Below are positions 9,929 through 19,269 of a DNA stretch of 64,000 nucleotides, in pieces. Where the stretch lies: contig ASZN01000021.1 in the NCBI GenBank assembly GCA_000406005.1, positions 3,309-67,308 of the forward strand, given 5' to 3'. The notes under the pieces were generated by a model. That model searched no databases. It saw nothing but the letters and a program-made list of their open reading frames with translations, and had not been told where the DNA came from. Position numbers and translations under genes: made by a program. Position 1 is the stretch's first letter. Each line of letters opens with the position of its first letter. The DNA is from Candidatus Poribacteria bacterium WGA-3G. GTDB lineage: Bacteria; Poribacteria; WGA-4E; WGA-3G.

Positions 9929-10130
9929 CAATTTGCAAAGCGGATTCGCATCGCTTTCCACCCCAAAAAAATAATTTTTTCATTTTTTTTTCGCGAAAAC
10001 GTGCAAAAGTGCATCCGAAAATGTGTTTAAGCGAATCATTGTCATTTTTTAATGGCGATGGTATCCTAATACCGCTTTATCGCGGTAGAAAGAAAAAGGA
10101 GGAAATTGTTATGTTAGCAAACCAGAGGAG

Positions 10131-10174
10131 GTGTGACACTTAGTGTTACACCCTTGTGGTGTGACACTTAGTGT
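10131..10174. repeat. two direct 16-bp repeats GTGTGACACTTAGTGT, each containing the inverted repeat ACACT-N-AGTGT
   Basis: Exact copies at about 10131-10146 and 10159-10174, upstream of the region-4 regulator gene. Confidence 0.5.
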
Positions 10175-10524
10175 CGCACTCTTTGGAAAGGGACGGAGGG
10201 TTTATATCCCTCTGTCCCCCATTTTAGTAGTTATCTTTTGAGATCGGATGGCAATCCTGATGCCAGATTTTTATGGCATGTTTTTGTCTTTTTTGATATA
10301 ATGGAATCTGCAAGCGGTCGTCGATGTTGCTGCCCTTGCACTGTTCAAAACTACAACCACAAATAAGGAGGAGGTACCTATCATGTTAATACTCAGTTTC
10401 AGCCACGCTATATTTCATCCGAACCGATCCGGTTCGAGGCGATGGTGCCTCTGTTCATTCTCAACAGTTTGATTGAAAATGGCATAGGCGCGATCGCCCT
10501 ATATTTGAGGGAGTTGCTCTATCT

Positions 10525-10899
10525 ATGCCCAAATTTAATGCAGATTTTTGGGAGATTCCGGTACCACCAGAATTTTTTGACCAGCTCACTACCGAAGACG
10601 ACTTCTGGTATCGAGCCCCTGATGACGAATATATGGAGGCACAGCGTGCCAAGCGGCAGGCAGTCTTGGAACAGGTTCGTCAGATTATCGCGAAGGAGTT
10701 AACGGAACGTCAAACCGAGTGTATCCAACTTTACTTTTATAAAGGTAAAACGCAAGAAGAGATTGGGAATATCCTCGGGATTTCTCGACGTGTTGTGAGC
10801 CAACACCTATTTGGTGTCACCCGAAACGGGAAACAGATAGGTGGCGCGATAAACAAGATCCGAAAGGTATGTCGAAAATTAGGAATAGAATTTCCGTAG
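10525..10899 (+). CDS. sigma-70 region-4 (HTH) domain protein; sigma-like regulator lacking region 2
   Basis: ERQTECIQLYFYKGKTQEEIGNILGISRRVVSQHL matches sigma-70 region 4. No region-2 sequence is present in any upstream frame. Confidence 0.65.
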   Translation: MPKFNADFWEIPVPPEFFDQLTTEDDFWYRAPDDEYMEAQRAKRQAVLEQVRQIIAKELTERQTECIQLYFYKGKTQEEIGNILGISRRVVSQHLFGVTRNGKQIGGAINKIRKVCRKLGIEFP

Positions 10900-10944
10900 G
10901 TGTCGGAACAGAATCTATATTTAAATGCTACACGTGCAATTCAA

Positions 10945-10977
10945 AGCGAGAGGCAACCTTCAAGGCGACCTCTCGCT
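10945..10977. terminator. hairpin between convergent genes (possible terminator)
   Basis: AGCGAGAGG...CCTCTCGCT stem. No clear U-tract follows. Confidence 0.35.
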
Positions 10978-11020
10978 TGGAAGCACTCTAAACACTAAAT
11001 AATCCTGTCGGTAAGGGTGC

Positions 11021-11713
11021 TTAACCGATTTCCTTGAACCGATAGCCGACCCCGTGTACCGTCTCAATATGCTGACCGAATTCGCCGAGTTTGCGACGTA
11101 GGCGGCTGACATGCGTATCCACCGTCCGGTCAATCCCGTAATACTCCTGCCCCCAGATCACATCCATCAGAATATCACGTGTAAAGACGCGTCCGGGTGA
11201 ACGTGCGAATAGGGTGATTAATTTAAACTCGGTGGCAGTCAAATCTATTGGACCGTTCTCTGTGAGTACCTGATGTTTGTCGAGATCAATGATGAGGCCG
11301 TGTGTTTCAATCTGTTCTGTATTTTCTGTCTGATTACCGGCTTGGAGACGGCGTAGCACGGCAGCCACGCGTAACACGACTTCTCTTGGACTGAACGGTT
11401 TTGTGATATAATCGTCAGCACCGAGTTCTAATCCAGCAACTCTATCCTTTTCTGCGGTTTTCGCGGTTACCATTACGACCGGAATATTTTGGGTTCTTGG
11501 ATCGTTTTTTAGTAAGCGGCAGACGATCATACCGTCTACTTCTGGGAGCATGAGATCGAGTATAATGAGGTCCGGCGGTTTTTCAACAGCCCGGTGCAGT
11601 GCATCTGCACCGTTACGGACGTAATCCGTGTCAAAACCGGCTTCTTGTAAGTTGTATCGCAGTAAATCCACGATATCACGTTCGTCTTCAACAATTAGAA
11701 TCTTTGCATCCAT
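11021..11713 (-). CDS. OmpR/PhoB-family two-component response regulator
   Basis: REC domain (ILIVEDERDIV...DLMLP) plus winged-helix C-terminus (..VHGVGYRF). Confidence 0.9.
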   Translation of the reverse strand: MDAKILIVEDERDIVDLLRYNLQEAGFDTDYVRNGADALHRAVEKPPDLIILDLMLPEVDGMIVCRLLKNDPRTQNIPVVMVTAKTAEKDRVAGLELGADDYITKPFSPREVVLRVAAVLRRLQAGNQTENTEQIETHGLIIDLDKHQVLTENGPIDLTATEFKLITLFARSPGRVFTRDILMDVIWGQEYYGIDRTVDTHVSRLRRKLGEFGQHIETVHGVGYRFKEIG

Positions 11714-12131
11714 TTAAAACATCCTTAGGGTCAATTTTTGATACCGAGTACTATTTTAACAAATGACGCGGGTATTGTCAATTTATTGGGACAAAAATCG
11801 CAGCTTTTTCTCTGTGCTATCTGAATGTCCCAGATCGGAAAGGAAAAAACAGTGAAAATAATCTGAGGATGTGCTATCATTTATTATAGTCTTCTATGTT
11901 TGGGTTAGTTTTTTCACTGGAACCGATTGGTGCGGTTTTTGAATATACGCTACGGGACTCAAGATGTTTTTGAAGTTTTCAAGGTTTCCGCGTAAAATCC
12001 GGTTCGGTTAGAAACCGAACCTACCGGCTCTGGGCCTGAGGCGGTTTTTGAATACACCAGATCGAGAAAAAACACGAACCCCGATATTTTCTTAATTGCC
12101 GTAAAACGGAAAGAGGTGACGACCCATTAAA

Positions 12132-14252
12132 TTGCTAAAAAATATGTTTACGCGATCCAATTGGACTTGGACATTCAGTTTGCGTTTTATCTGTCTGCTT
12201 ATAGGACTTACTTGGACCCCTCACGACGTTTTCGCTATGCGTGGGTTCACAGCAGAAAATGCGATTACGCAAAAACGGTATGAGACTGAATTTAAAGAAC
12301 GTCTCTCAGTCGAAAGGAGTCGCCGTAAGTTACGTTACTTAACGGAAGAACCGCATCTCGCTGGCACCGAAAATAGCCGTAAAGTCGTGGAATACCTGCG
12401 TTCCGAATTTGAGAGCTACGGATTACAGGTTCAGGTCTATGAATACCACGTCTATCTCCCCTATCCGCTTGAGGTGCATGTAGAACTCGTCTCACCGACA
12501 CAACATCTCGCTGTTAGTAAAGAATCGGGTTGGGAATGGGACAAAGATTCTTACGAGACGGATATTGTTCCCGGATACAACGCCTACTCACCCGACGGTG
12601 ATGTGACGGCAGAGCTCGTTTATGTCAACAGAGGGTTGCCCGAAGATTACGAAATCCTCAATGCGCGTGGTGTTTCAGTGGAAGGGAAAATCTGTATTGC
12701 CCGTTATGGTGGCAGTTACCGTGGTGTGAAGGCAAAAGTTGCAGGCGATAACGGTGCCGTCGCGTTGATCCTCTACTCTGATCCGAAAGATGACGGATAT
12801 ATCCGCGGCGATGTCTATCCACGGGGGCCCTGGCGTTCAGCGGATGCGATCCAACGTGGCACGGTGAAATATATATTTCAACACGCCAGTGACCCGCTGA
12901 CCCCAGGCTGGGCGGCTACCAAAGATGCTCAGAGAATACCGATCGCTGAAGCCACCGATTTACCCGAAATTCCTGTCGTTCCGATCGCCTATCGAGATGC
13001 CGAACCCTTTCTCAAAGCACTCGCAGGTTCTAATGTGCCATCGGAGTGGCAAGGCGGTTTACCTTTCACTTATCACATCGGACCGGGACCCGCGAAAGTC
13101 CACATTAAAGTCCGTTGCGAACACAGCACCCGTCCGATTTACAACGTCATCGCAAAGTTAGTAGGGACGGAATACCCTGATGAATGGGTAATCTTAGGGA
13201 ACCATCACGATGCTTGGGTTTACGGCGCAGCGGATCCAGGAAGCGGTACAACCGCTCTCTTAGAGGTCGCCGAATCTTTAGGCGAACTCGCCGAAGAAGG
13301 TGTCCGTCCGAAGCGGACAATCGTTTTCGCGTCGTGGGACGCTGAAGAATTCGGTATCCTCGGTTCCACAGAGTGGGTCGAAGACCTAAAAACGGAACTC
13401 CAAGAGAAAACCGTCGCTTATCTTAATGTAGATATTGCTGCAACGGGTGGACGCTTCTATGTCAGCGCGACGCCGTCGCTACGAGAATTAATCCGAGATG
13501 TAACCGAGAACGTCATTGATCCGAGGACGCTAAAACCGGTTTATGAGAATTGGAAAACGAAACAAGCGCGCGAAATACCACAGATCGGGAACCTCGGAAG
13601 TGGTTCAGACCATTCCCCCTTTGTTGGGCATGCCGGGATTTCAGCTGTCAGTATGGGGTTCGGTGGCCCTTACGGTGTCTACCATGCGATGCAAGATAAC
13701 TTCTACTGGATGGAACATTTCGGTGATCCGACGTTTCAGTATCAAGTGGCGATGTCCAAAATTTGGGGAACGCTTGCTTTACAACTCGCCAATGCCGATA
13801 TTCTACCCTTTGATTATGAAACTTACGCAACAGACCTCATGGTCCCTGTGAAGTTGTTGCAGAATTCGGGTTCCGAAAGCAAGATCGCCAGAGAGGTTAA
13901 AGCGTTAGATGCGTTACTTACCGAGTGGCAGCAGGCTGCATCTCTATTGAACCGGGAACTTACGCGTTATCTTGATTCGCGTAGTTTTTCTGAAATCTCG
14001 GAGATAAACCGACGACTGTATCAATTAGAGCGGAAGTTAATCGATGAGGACGGTTTGCCGTCGCGCCCATGGTTTAAGCATCTTATCTATGCACCCGGGC
14101 TTAATACAGGCTATGCAGCGGTCGTTTTTCCCGGCGTTTTGGACGCTATTGCGCAAGACGACAGTGGACAAGTCCGGGCAGAAGTCGATAGGCTGAGTAC
14201 AGCATTCAAACGCATGATTCAAGAAATTAATGCAATCCGAGAAATGTTGTGA
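12132..14252 (+). CDS. M28-family metallopeptidase with PA and TfR-like dimerisation domains (glutamate carboxypeptidase II-like)
   Basis: Signal peptide. Zinc-ligand context: GNHHDAW, DPGSGTTALLE, SWDAEEFGILGS, HS..D. Confidence 0.9.
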   Translation: MLKNMFTRSNWTWTFSLRFICLLIGLTWTPHDVFAMRGFTAENAITQKRYETEFKERLSVERSRRKLRYLTEEPHLAGTENSRKVVEYLRSEFESYGLQVQVYEYHVYLPYPLEVHVELVSPTQHLAVSKESGWEWDKDSYETDIVPGYNAYSPDGDVTAELVYVNRGLPEDYEILNARGVSVEGKICIARYGGSYRGVKAKVAGDNGAVALILYSDPKDDGYIRGDVYPRGPWRSADAIQRGTVKYIFQHASDPLTPGWAATKDAQRIPIAEATDLPEIPVVPIAYRDAEPFLKALAGSNVPSEWQGGLPFTYHIGPGPAKVHIKVRCEHSTRPIYNVIAKLVGTEYPDEWVILGNHHDAWVYGAADPGSGTTALLEVAESLGELAEEGVRPKRTIVFASWDAEEFGILGSTEWVEDLKTELQEKTVAYLNVDIAATGGRFYVSATPSLRELIRDVTENVIDPRTLKPVYENWKTKQAREIPQIGNLGSGSDHSPFVGHAGISAVSMGFGGPYGVYHAMQDNFYWMEHFGDPTFQYQVAMSKIWGTLALQLANADILPFDYETYATDLMVPVKLLQNSGSESKIAREVKALDALLTEWQQAASLLNRELTRYLDSRSFSEISEINRRLYQLERKLIDEDGLPSRPWFKHLIYAPGLNTGYAAVVFPGVLDAIAQDDSGQVRAEVDRLSTAFKRMIQEINAIREML

Positions 14253-14478
14253 TACGACGAGACGGTGCCCATGACAAGCGGAGTTTGTTACCCGCGTTCT
14301 CCATTGCACTCCATTGCAGGCGGGGTTTGATGAAGTTTGAAAAAATATTTCGGTAATTGACGGGCAATGAATTGCCCTACTACAAACGGGCAGGTTCGTA
14401 GTAGTGCGATTCATCGCACGTTCCGATATTACCGAATTAATAAATCAATTTTCATTAACCCCGCCTGTGTTATCCAAG

Positions 14479-15528
14479 TTACTGCATCGAAAAGACAACG
14501 CCTAACGCTTCATTTGGCGTTTGAATCAATTTCTCACACGCCTCTGAGGCTTGATCAATCGGCACAACATCTGTAATCAACGGTTGCACCTGAACCTTGC
14601 CTTCCGACATCAGTCGCAGCGATAACGCTAAGTTCCGCTGTGTCGGCCACGGGACGAACACCGGCGGGTAATCCGCACCATGCTCATAAGCCTCATCGTG
14701 GTAGCCGGGTCCAGTGCGCGCCGCGCTGATAACATCCACATTACCAAGTCCGGCTGCGAAACCGTGCGTTATGCTTGCACCACCGACGATGACAATACGA
14801 CCCATCTTGTGTGTATCAGGTGCCGTTTTCAACGTCGCTCGAATCTGTTGGAACGCACTCGTCGCATCGCCACCGAAAGCGATAATCCCGCAATCCATGC
14901 CGTAACCGTCCGTGAATTCTTGTGCAATAGGAATCGGATCCGTCTCCGAAACGTTCACCGCACGATGTATGCCAGCGTTCCCTGCGATACCTATCCGCAA
15001 CGGCAACCGGTCTAACCCCATAACATAAGCACCCGCGGTTTTCGCTATCTGGCATGCAAATTGACCGACGATACCCAACCCCGCAACGACGACGTTTTCA
15101 CCGATACGGATACGTCCGCGTTGCACGGCGTGCAACGCCGTCGCCGCAAGATGAACAGATGCCGCTTCCTTGTACGCGACATCATCCGGAATCTTCGCAC
15201 ACAGGTTGTGCGGTATACACGCCGACGTAGCATGAAGCGCGTAACCACCCCCCATACCAGCCACCCGATCGCCAATCTCAAATTCATCGCAATCGCCTTC
15301 CATGCCAACGACGACACCGGCGTTCGTATACCCAAACGGACGCTGTCGCGCTTGGGAACCTGGATTCTCGCGTCGTCGCTTGACACCGCCAAGTTCCGTG
15401 CCGGGGCTTACCATCGACGCGTGAACCTCAACCAAGAGCTGTCCCGATTTCGGCGCAGGTGTCTCCTGCTCCTCCGTCGAGATACGTCCCGCTTCATTTA
15501 TCACCACAACTTTTCTCGTTTTACTCAT
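14479..15528 (-). CDS. zinc-binding alcohol dehydrogenase-like (MDR superfamily) oxidoreductase
   Basis: MDR fold with GLGIVGQ Rossmann motif. Confidence 0.75.
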   Translation of the reverse strand: MSKTRKVVVINEAGRISTEEQETPAPKSGQLLVEVHASMVSPGTELGGVKRRRENPGSQARQRPFGYTNAGVVVGMEGDCDEFEIGDRVAGMGGGYALHATSACIPHNLCAKIPDDVAYKEAASVHLAATALHAVQRGRIRIGENVVVAGLGIVGQFACQIAKTAGAYVMGLDRLPLRIGIAGNAGIHRAVNVSETDPIPIAQEFTDGYGMDCGIIAFGGDATSAFQQIRATLKTAPDTHKMGRIVIVGGASITHGFAAGLGNVDVISAARTGPGYHDEAYEHGADYPPVFVPWPTQRNLALSLRLMSEGKVQVQPLITDVVPIDQASEACEKLIQTPNEALGVVFSMQ

Positions 15529-15546
15529 AAACAGTCCTCTCTGATT

Positions 15547-16515
15547 TTAATTTCGGTATGGTTCCAGATCAATCCCAGGATATGCCTGCGCAAGACGAGC
15601 AAGGGCCTCCGATGTATAATACGCATCCCCAGGGGCAGGCCACCCTAAAACGCGGCGCACAGCAGGTGTCGTTTGCGTGACAAATTTCACGTAGTTTGGA
15701 CTACTCCACCCCGGCACTGGGCGCGTCGTTTTGCACCAATCGTCATTGTCGGCACGATGAAAGTGATACCCCATCCACCCGCGTTGTCTACGCTTGTTCT
15801 CAAACGGTTGCGCCGCGTGAACCAAGTAACTCGAACGGAATGAAACACTCCCCGCTTTCGCCGTAAGCGGAACCGGCTCCGCAAGTGCTCCTTTAAACTC
15901 ACGCAGATCAGGAATCCCCATTCCGCCTGCTCTCCCCGGATACTTTGCCCATATCTTATCCAACTGGTTCTGCGAGCCTGGACAGACGAGCATCGGTGCA
16001 CCGTCCAATTCAATGTCATGTGGGAAGATAGCGGTCAAAATATAGCCATAACGTTGCCAATCCGGGTGCGGTGGCAAGGGTGAGTTCGTCGCATTGTCGA
16101 TGTGGTAACCCTGCCACGGATGTTCACTATGACGGCTATCGGTGAGTCCCTCTCGGAAGAATATTTGTCCATAGCCGAGTCGAATTTCTTCCGTGCCTAA
16201 CAGCTGCTGTGCAATCGCCAGATATGACTCGTTCTCAATGAGTTTATCGACTGCTTCCAAGCCTGTCGGAAAATGAGTCGCCTTACCAAAGGGCCCCGCG
16301 AGTCGTTGCATATCGCTGTTCTTCTGGTACGCATTTTTTAACGCTTCCGGTTGCGACTCCCATTTCGCTCGATATTCAGCATAAGTCAATCCATCGTAGG
16401 CATTTCGTTCAATCTCTTCGAGCGCGGGTACAATTGCTTCCGGTGAAAACACGTCGGGTACCACGATGATTCCATCGCGTTTCCATGTTGTTAGTTGTTC
16501 GGTCGTCAGTTCCAT
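15547..16515 (-). CDS. phytanoyl-CoA dioxygenase (PhyH) family protein
   Basis: HIDN...H motif region. Start at MELTTEQL (16515), preceded by GGAGGT. Confidence 0.8.
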   Translation of the reverse strand: MELTTEQLTTWKRDGIIVVPDVFSPEAIVPALEEIERNAYDGLTYAEYRAKWESQPEALKNAYQKNSDMQRLAGPFGKATHFPTGLEAVDKLIENESYLAIAQQLLGTEEIRLGYGQIFFREGLTDSRHSEHPWQGYHIDNATNSPLPPHPDWQRYGYILTAIFPHDIELDGAPMLVCPGSQNQLDKIWAKYPGRAGGMGIPDLREFKGALAEPVPLTAKAGSVSFRSSYLVHAAQPFENKRRQRGWMGYHFHRADNDDWCKTTRPVPGWSSPNYVKFVTQTTPAVRRVLGWPAPGDAYYTSEALARLAQAYPGIDLEPYRN

Positions 16516-16519
16516 GAGG

Positions 16520-17554
16520 TTACCTCCGTGTGAACATTTCCCATTTATCCTCTTGAACGACTTCACTATCCGCTTTCTGTTGAATCGTCTGCCACCATTC
16601 CCGGTTCTCTACATACCACTGAATCGTCTCGCGCATGCCGTCTTCAAATGGAATCGTCGGTTCCCATCCGACATCACGGGTAATTTTCCCCGAGTCCAAT
16701 AGGTACCGACAATCGTGTCCGGGTCTATCGGGCACATACGTTTTCAGACGCTGCGGTTTGCCGAGAACCGATAAAATAAAATCGCTAATCTCCTCAATGC
16801 TCTTCTCTACGCCGCTTCCGACGTTGTAGGTTTCACCGATTTTGCCACGCTGAATTACCGCTGCGACTGCCCTACAGTGGTCCTCAACGTGTAGCCATTC
16901 GCGACGGTTATGGCTGCTCCGATAGAGTGTTAACGGCAAATCTTGGATCGCATTCGTCGTGAACAGTGGAATAAGCTTTTCTGGATGCTGGTAGGGACCG
17001 TAGTTGTTCGCACAATTAGAGATCGTTATCGGCATGTTGAAACTATGAAAATAGGCGTTCACGAGATGGTCAGCCGCCGCTTTAGAAGCGTTATACGGCG
17101 TTTGCGGACGATACGGCGAGCATTCATTAAAAGTATCCGGTGAATCCAACGGAAGCTCACCATAAACCTCACACGTAGAGATATGATGAAACCGTTGCAC
17201 ATCGAACTGTCTCGCGGCGTCCAACAACACCTGCGTCCCCATCACATTCGTCTCAACAAAACGCCGAGGATGTAGAATCGCACGACTGTTATGAGACTCC
17301 GCAGCGAAATTGACAATCACATCCGGTGCCTCTTTCTTAAAGACATCTTCTACAAACACCGAGTCCATAATATCGCCACGGACGAACTTATAACGTTCGC
17401 GGTAACGTTCCGCTATATCCGTCAGATTCGTGATATTGCCAGCGTACGTCAGTAGGTCGAGGTTAACAATGGCATCGTCTGAATAGTGCCGCAGCCAATA
17501 TCGGATAAAGTTGGTACCGATAAAGCCAGCACCACCAGTGACCAGCAACTTCAT
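16520..17554 (-). CDS. rfbB: dTDP-glucose 4,6-dehydratase
   Basis: MKLLVTGGAGFIGTNF ... YxxxK SDR-extended motifs, typical of RfbB. Confidence 0.9.
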   Translation of the reverse strand: MKLLVTGGAGFIGTNFIRYWLRHYSDDAIVNLDLLTYAGNITNLTDIAERYRERYKFVRGDIMDSVFVEDVFKKEAPDVIVNFAAESHNSRAILHPRRFVETNVMGTQVLLDAARQFDVQRFHHISTCEVYGELPLDSPDTFNECSPYRPQTPYNASKAAADHLVNAYFHSFNMPITISNCANNYGPYQHPEKLIPLFTTNAIQDLPLTLYRSSHNRREWLHVEDHCRAVAAVIQRGKIGETYNVGSGVEKSIEEISDFILSVLGKPQRLKTYVPDRPGHDCRYLLDSGKITRDVGWEPTIPFEDGMRETIQWYVENREWWQTIQQKADSEVVQEDKWEMFTRR

Positions 17555-17738
17555 TAATTAAGAATTTCCTCCTGCAAGGTCGGATGAATTTCCCGTTAGG
17601 GTAATTGACCCCGAGATGCTTCCATTTCTCTATTCGCGGTTATCCATCAAAGCAATAACCATATCTTATCAGAAATAGTCCTCGCCTGTCAATCCAAATT
17701 CGCTCTGGAATCGGAGATTGCGATAAAAGAAATAAGTG

Positions 17739-17768
17739 TTGACAAATAGTCATAAAATATTGTAAAAT
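17739..17768 (+). promoter_or_regulatory. putative sigma-70 promoter (TTGACA-N18-TGTAAAAT) for the aldo/keto reductase gene
   Basis: Consensus -35 plus an extended -10, about 70 nt upstream of the ATG at 17839. Confidence 0.35.
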
Positions 17769-17838
17769 AATAAGTAAATTCAAATCGTGCTACGCTTTGT
17801 AGGAGGGGTTGTAACCCCGATCCACCGAGAAAAAAACA

Positions 17839-18777
17839 ATGCGCCAACGCAAATTAGGAAACACAGGACTTATCGTCTCCGAAATCGGCATGGGAACATG
17901 GGAACTTGGAGGACGTGAATGGGGAGACATCGGCGAAACCGATGCCATTGATCTCCTCCGATACGCCTTTGAAAACGGTGTCACCTATTACGATACAGCA
18001 GACCAATACGGCGGTGGACGCGCAGAACAGCTGCTCGGTGAGGCTTTCTCAGCACTCGGTGACAGAGTCGTCATCGCCACGAAACTCGGCTATGAATTAG
18101 ATTCCGACGGTTGGATTTCCCACGGATGGGAACGTCCGTCTTTCAACGCTTCACCCGACTATATCCGGTCGGCAGTTGAAGGCAGCCTCACACGGTTAAA
18201 ACGAGATGTCATAGACATCTACCAATTCCATGGACCACCACCGGCATCCGAATGGGACGACGCGTTTGGAACGATGGAAACTCTCAAATCCGAAGGCAAA
18301 ATCCGATTTTACGGGATGGGGCTCGGCAGCGAGGCAGAGGCATTAAAAGCGATAACAGAAACCGGTATCTCTTCACTGATGCTCACCTATAATATCCTCA
18401 CACAAGACATGGCGACACCAGTGATGGAGACCGCCACTGAAAACGGCATCGCTGTTGCCGTCCGGCAACCGTTGTCCTCAGGTTTACTCTCCGGACACCT
18501 CCGACCCGATACTACTTTCGCAGAAAACGATTATCGGAAAACCTGGAACCGCGAGAAATACCTCGCCGATCTGGAGCGCGTCGAACAGGTGAAATCCATC
18601 GTTGGGAATACCGCGCGAAACCTGCCACAAGCCGCACTCAAATTCATCTTGGCGCACCCCGCAGTCTCTTGTGTCGTACCGGGGATGATGACACCCGCAC
18701 AAGTTGATGACGGTGTAGCAACTTCCGACGCGCCGCCCTTGCCCAACACCGTCCTAAACCAACTACGAGACACCTAA
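17839..18777 (+). CDS. aldo/keto reductase
   Basis: LGNTGLIVSEIGMGTWELGG N-terminal AKR signature. Confidence 0.9.
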   Translation: MRQRKLGNTGLIVSEIGMGTWELGGREWGDIGETDAIDLLRYAFENGVTYYDTADQYGGGRAEQLLGEAFSALGDRVVIATKLGYELDSDGWISHGWERPSFNASPDYIRSAVEGSLTRLKRDVIDIYQFHGPPPASEWDDAFGTMETLKSEGKIRFYGMGLGSEAEALKAITETGISSLMLTYNILTQDMATPVMETATENGIAVAVRQPLSSGLLSGHLRPDTTFAENDYRKTWNREKYLADLERVEQVKSIVGNTARNLPQAALKFILAHPAVSCVVPGMMTPAQVDDGVATSDAPPLPNTVLNQLRDT

Positions 18778-18787
18778 GGGAAAATCT

Positions 18788-19093
18788 ATGAAAGTGATTG
18801 CGGATCTCTGCGTCGTCCCGATGGGGGTCGGTGTGTCGGTCTCAAAATACGTCACGGCGTGCGAACAGGTGCTAAAAGCGGCAGGGTTGGAAACCAAATT
18901 GCACGCCTACGGCACTAATATCGAAGGCGATTGGGACACCGTGTTCGCAGCGATACGGCGGTGCCATGAAGTCGTCCACGAGATGGGGGCACCTCGAATC
19001 ACAACAACACTCAAATTCGGTACCCGGACAGACAGAACACAAACGATGGAAGAAAAGGTTACCAGCGTCGAAAAACAGTTAAAAAACACATAG
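18788..19093 (+). CDS. MTH1187/YkoF-family (UPF0045) small protein
   Basis: 101 aa with VIADLCVVPMGVGVSVSKYV...YGTNIEG pattern. Confidence 0.7.
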   Translation: MKVIADLCVVPMGVGVSVSKYVTACEQVLKAAGLETKLHAYGTNIEGDWDTVFAAIRRCHEVVHEMGAPRITTTLKFGTRTDRTQTMEEKVTSVEKQLKNT

Positions 19094-19231
19094 AACTTAC
19101 GCAGCCCCCTTTGCAGGGTTTTTGCTTGGGTGTTTCTTCAGGGTTTGAAACCCCGACTATGATCGAAACGTCAACCCCCTTGCAGGCGGGGTTTCAAACC
19201 CCGTTTACGATAGAAAAAATGCGTAAACCCT
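19093..19231. repeat. composite REP/MITE-like element (degenerate acttacgca TIR, 'tttgcagggtttttgcttgggtgtttcttcagggtttgaaaccccg' module, and palindrome tgcaggcggggtttcaaaccccg)
   Basis: Shares modules with elements at 45770, 62841 and 26344. Confidence 0.6.
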
Positions 19232-19269
19232 AACAAAAAGCAATTATATAAAGAGGTTACACACTTCAA

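Noticed and set aside
9319-10014. 231-aa minus-strand ORF
   Set aside because: Entirely antisense to the well-supported WD40 gene. Its Ser/Pro-rich low-complexity translation is typical of antisense WD-repeat sequence.
14367-14576. 69-aa ORF in the convergent intergenic region
   Set aside because: Sits on palindromic terminator/REP sequence between the peptidase and ADH genes. No coding signal.
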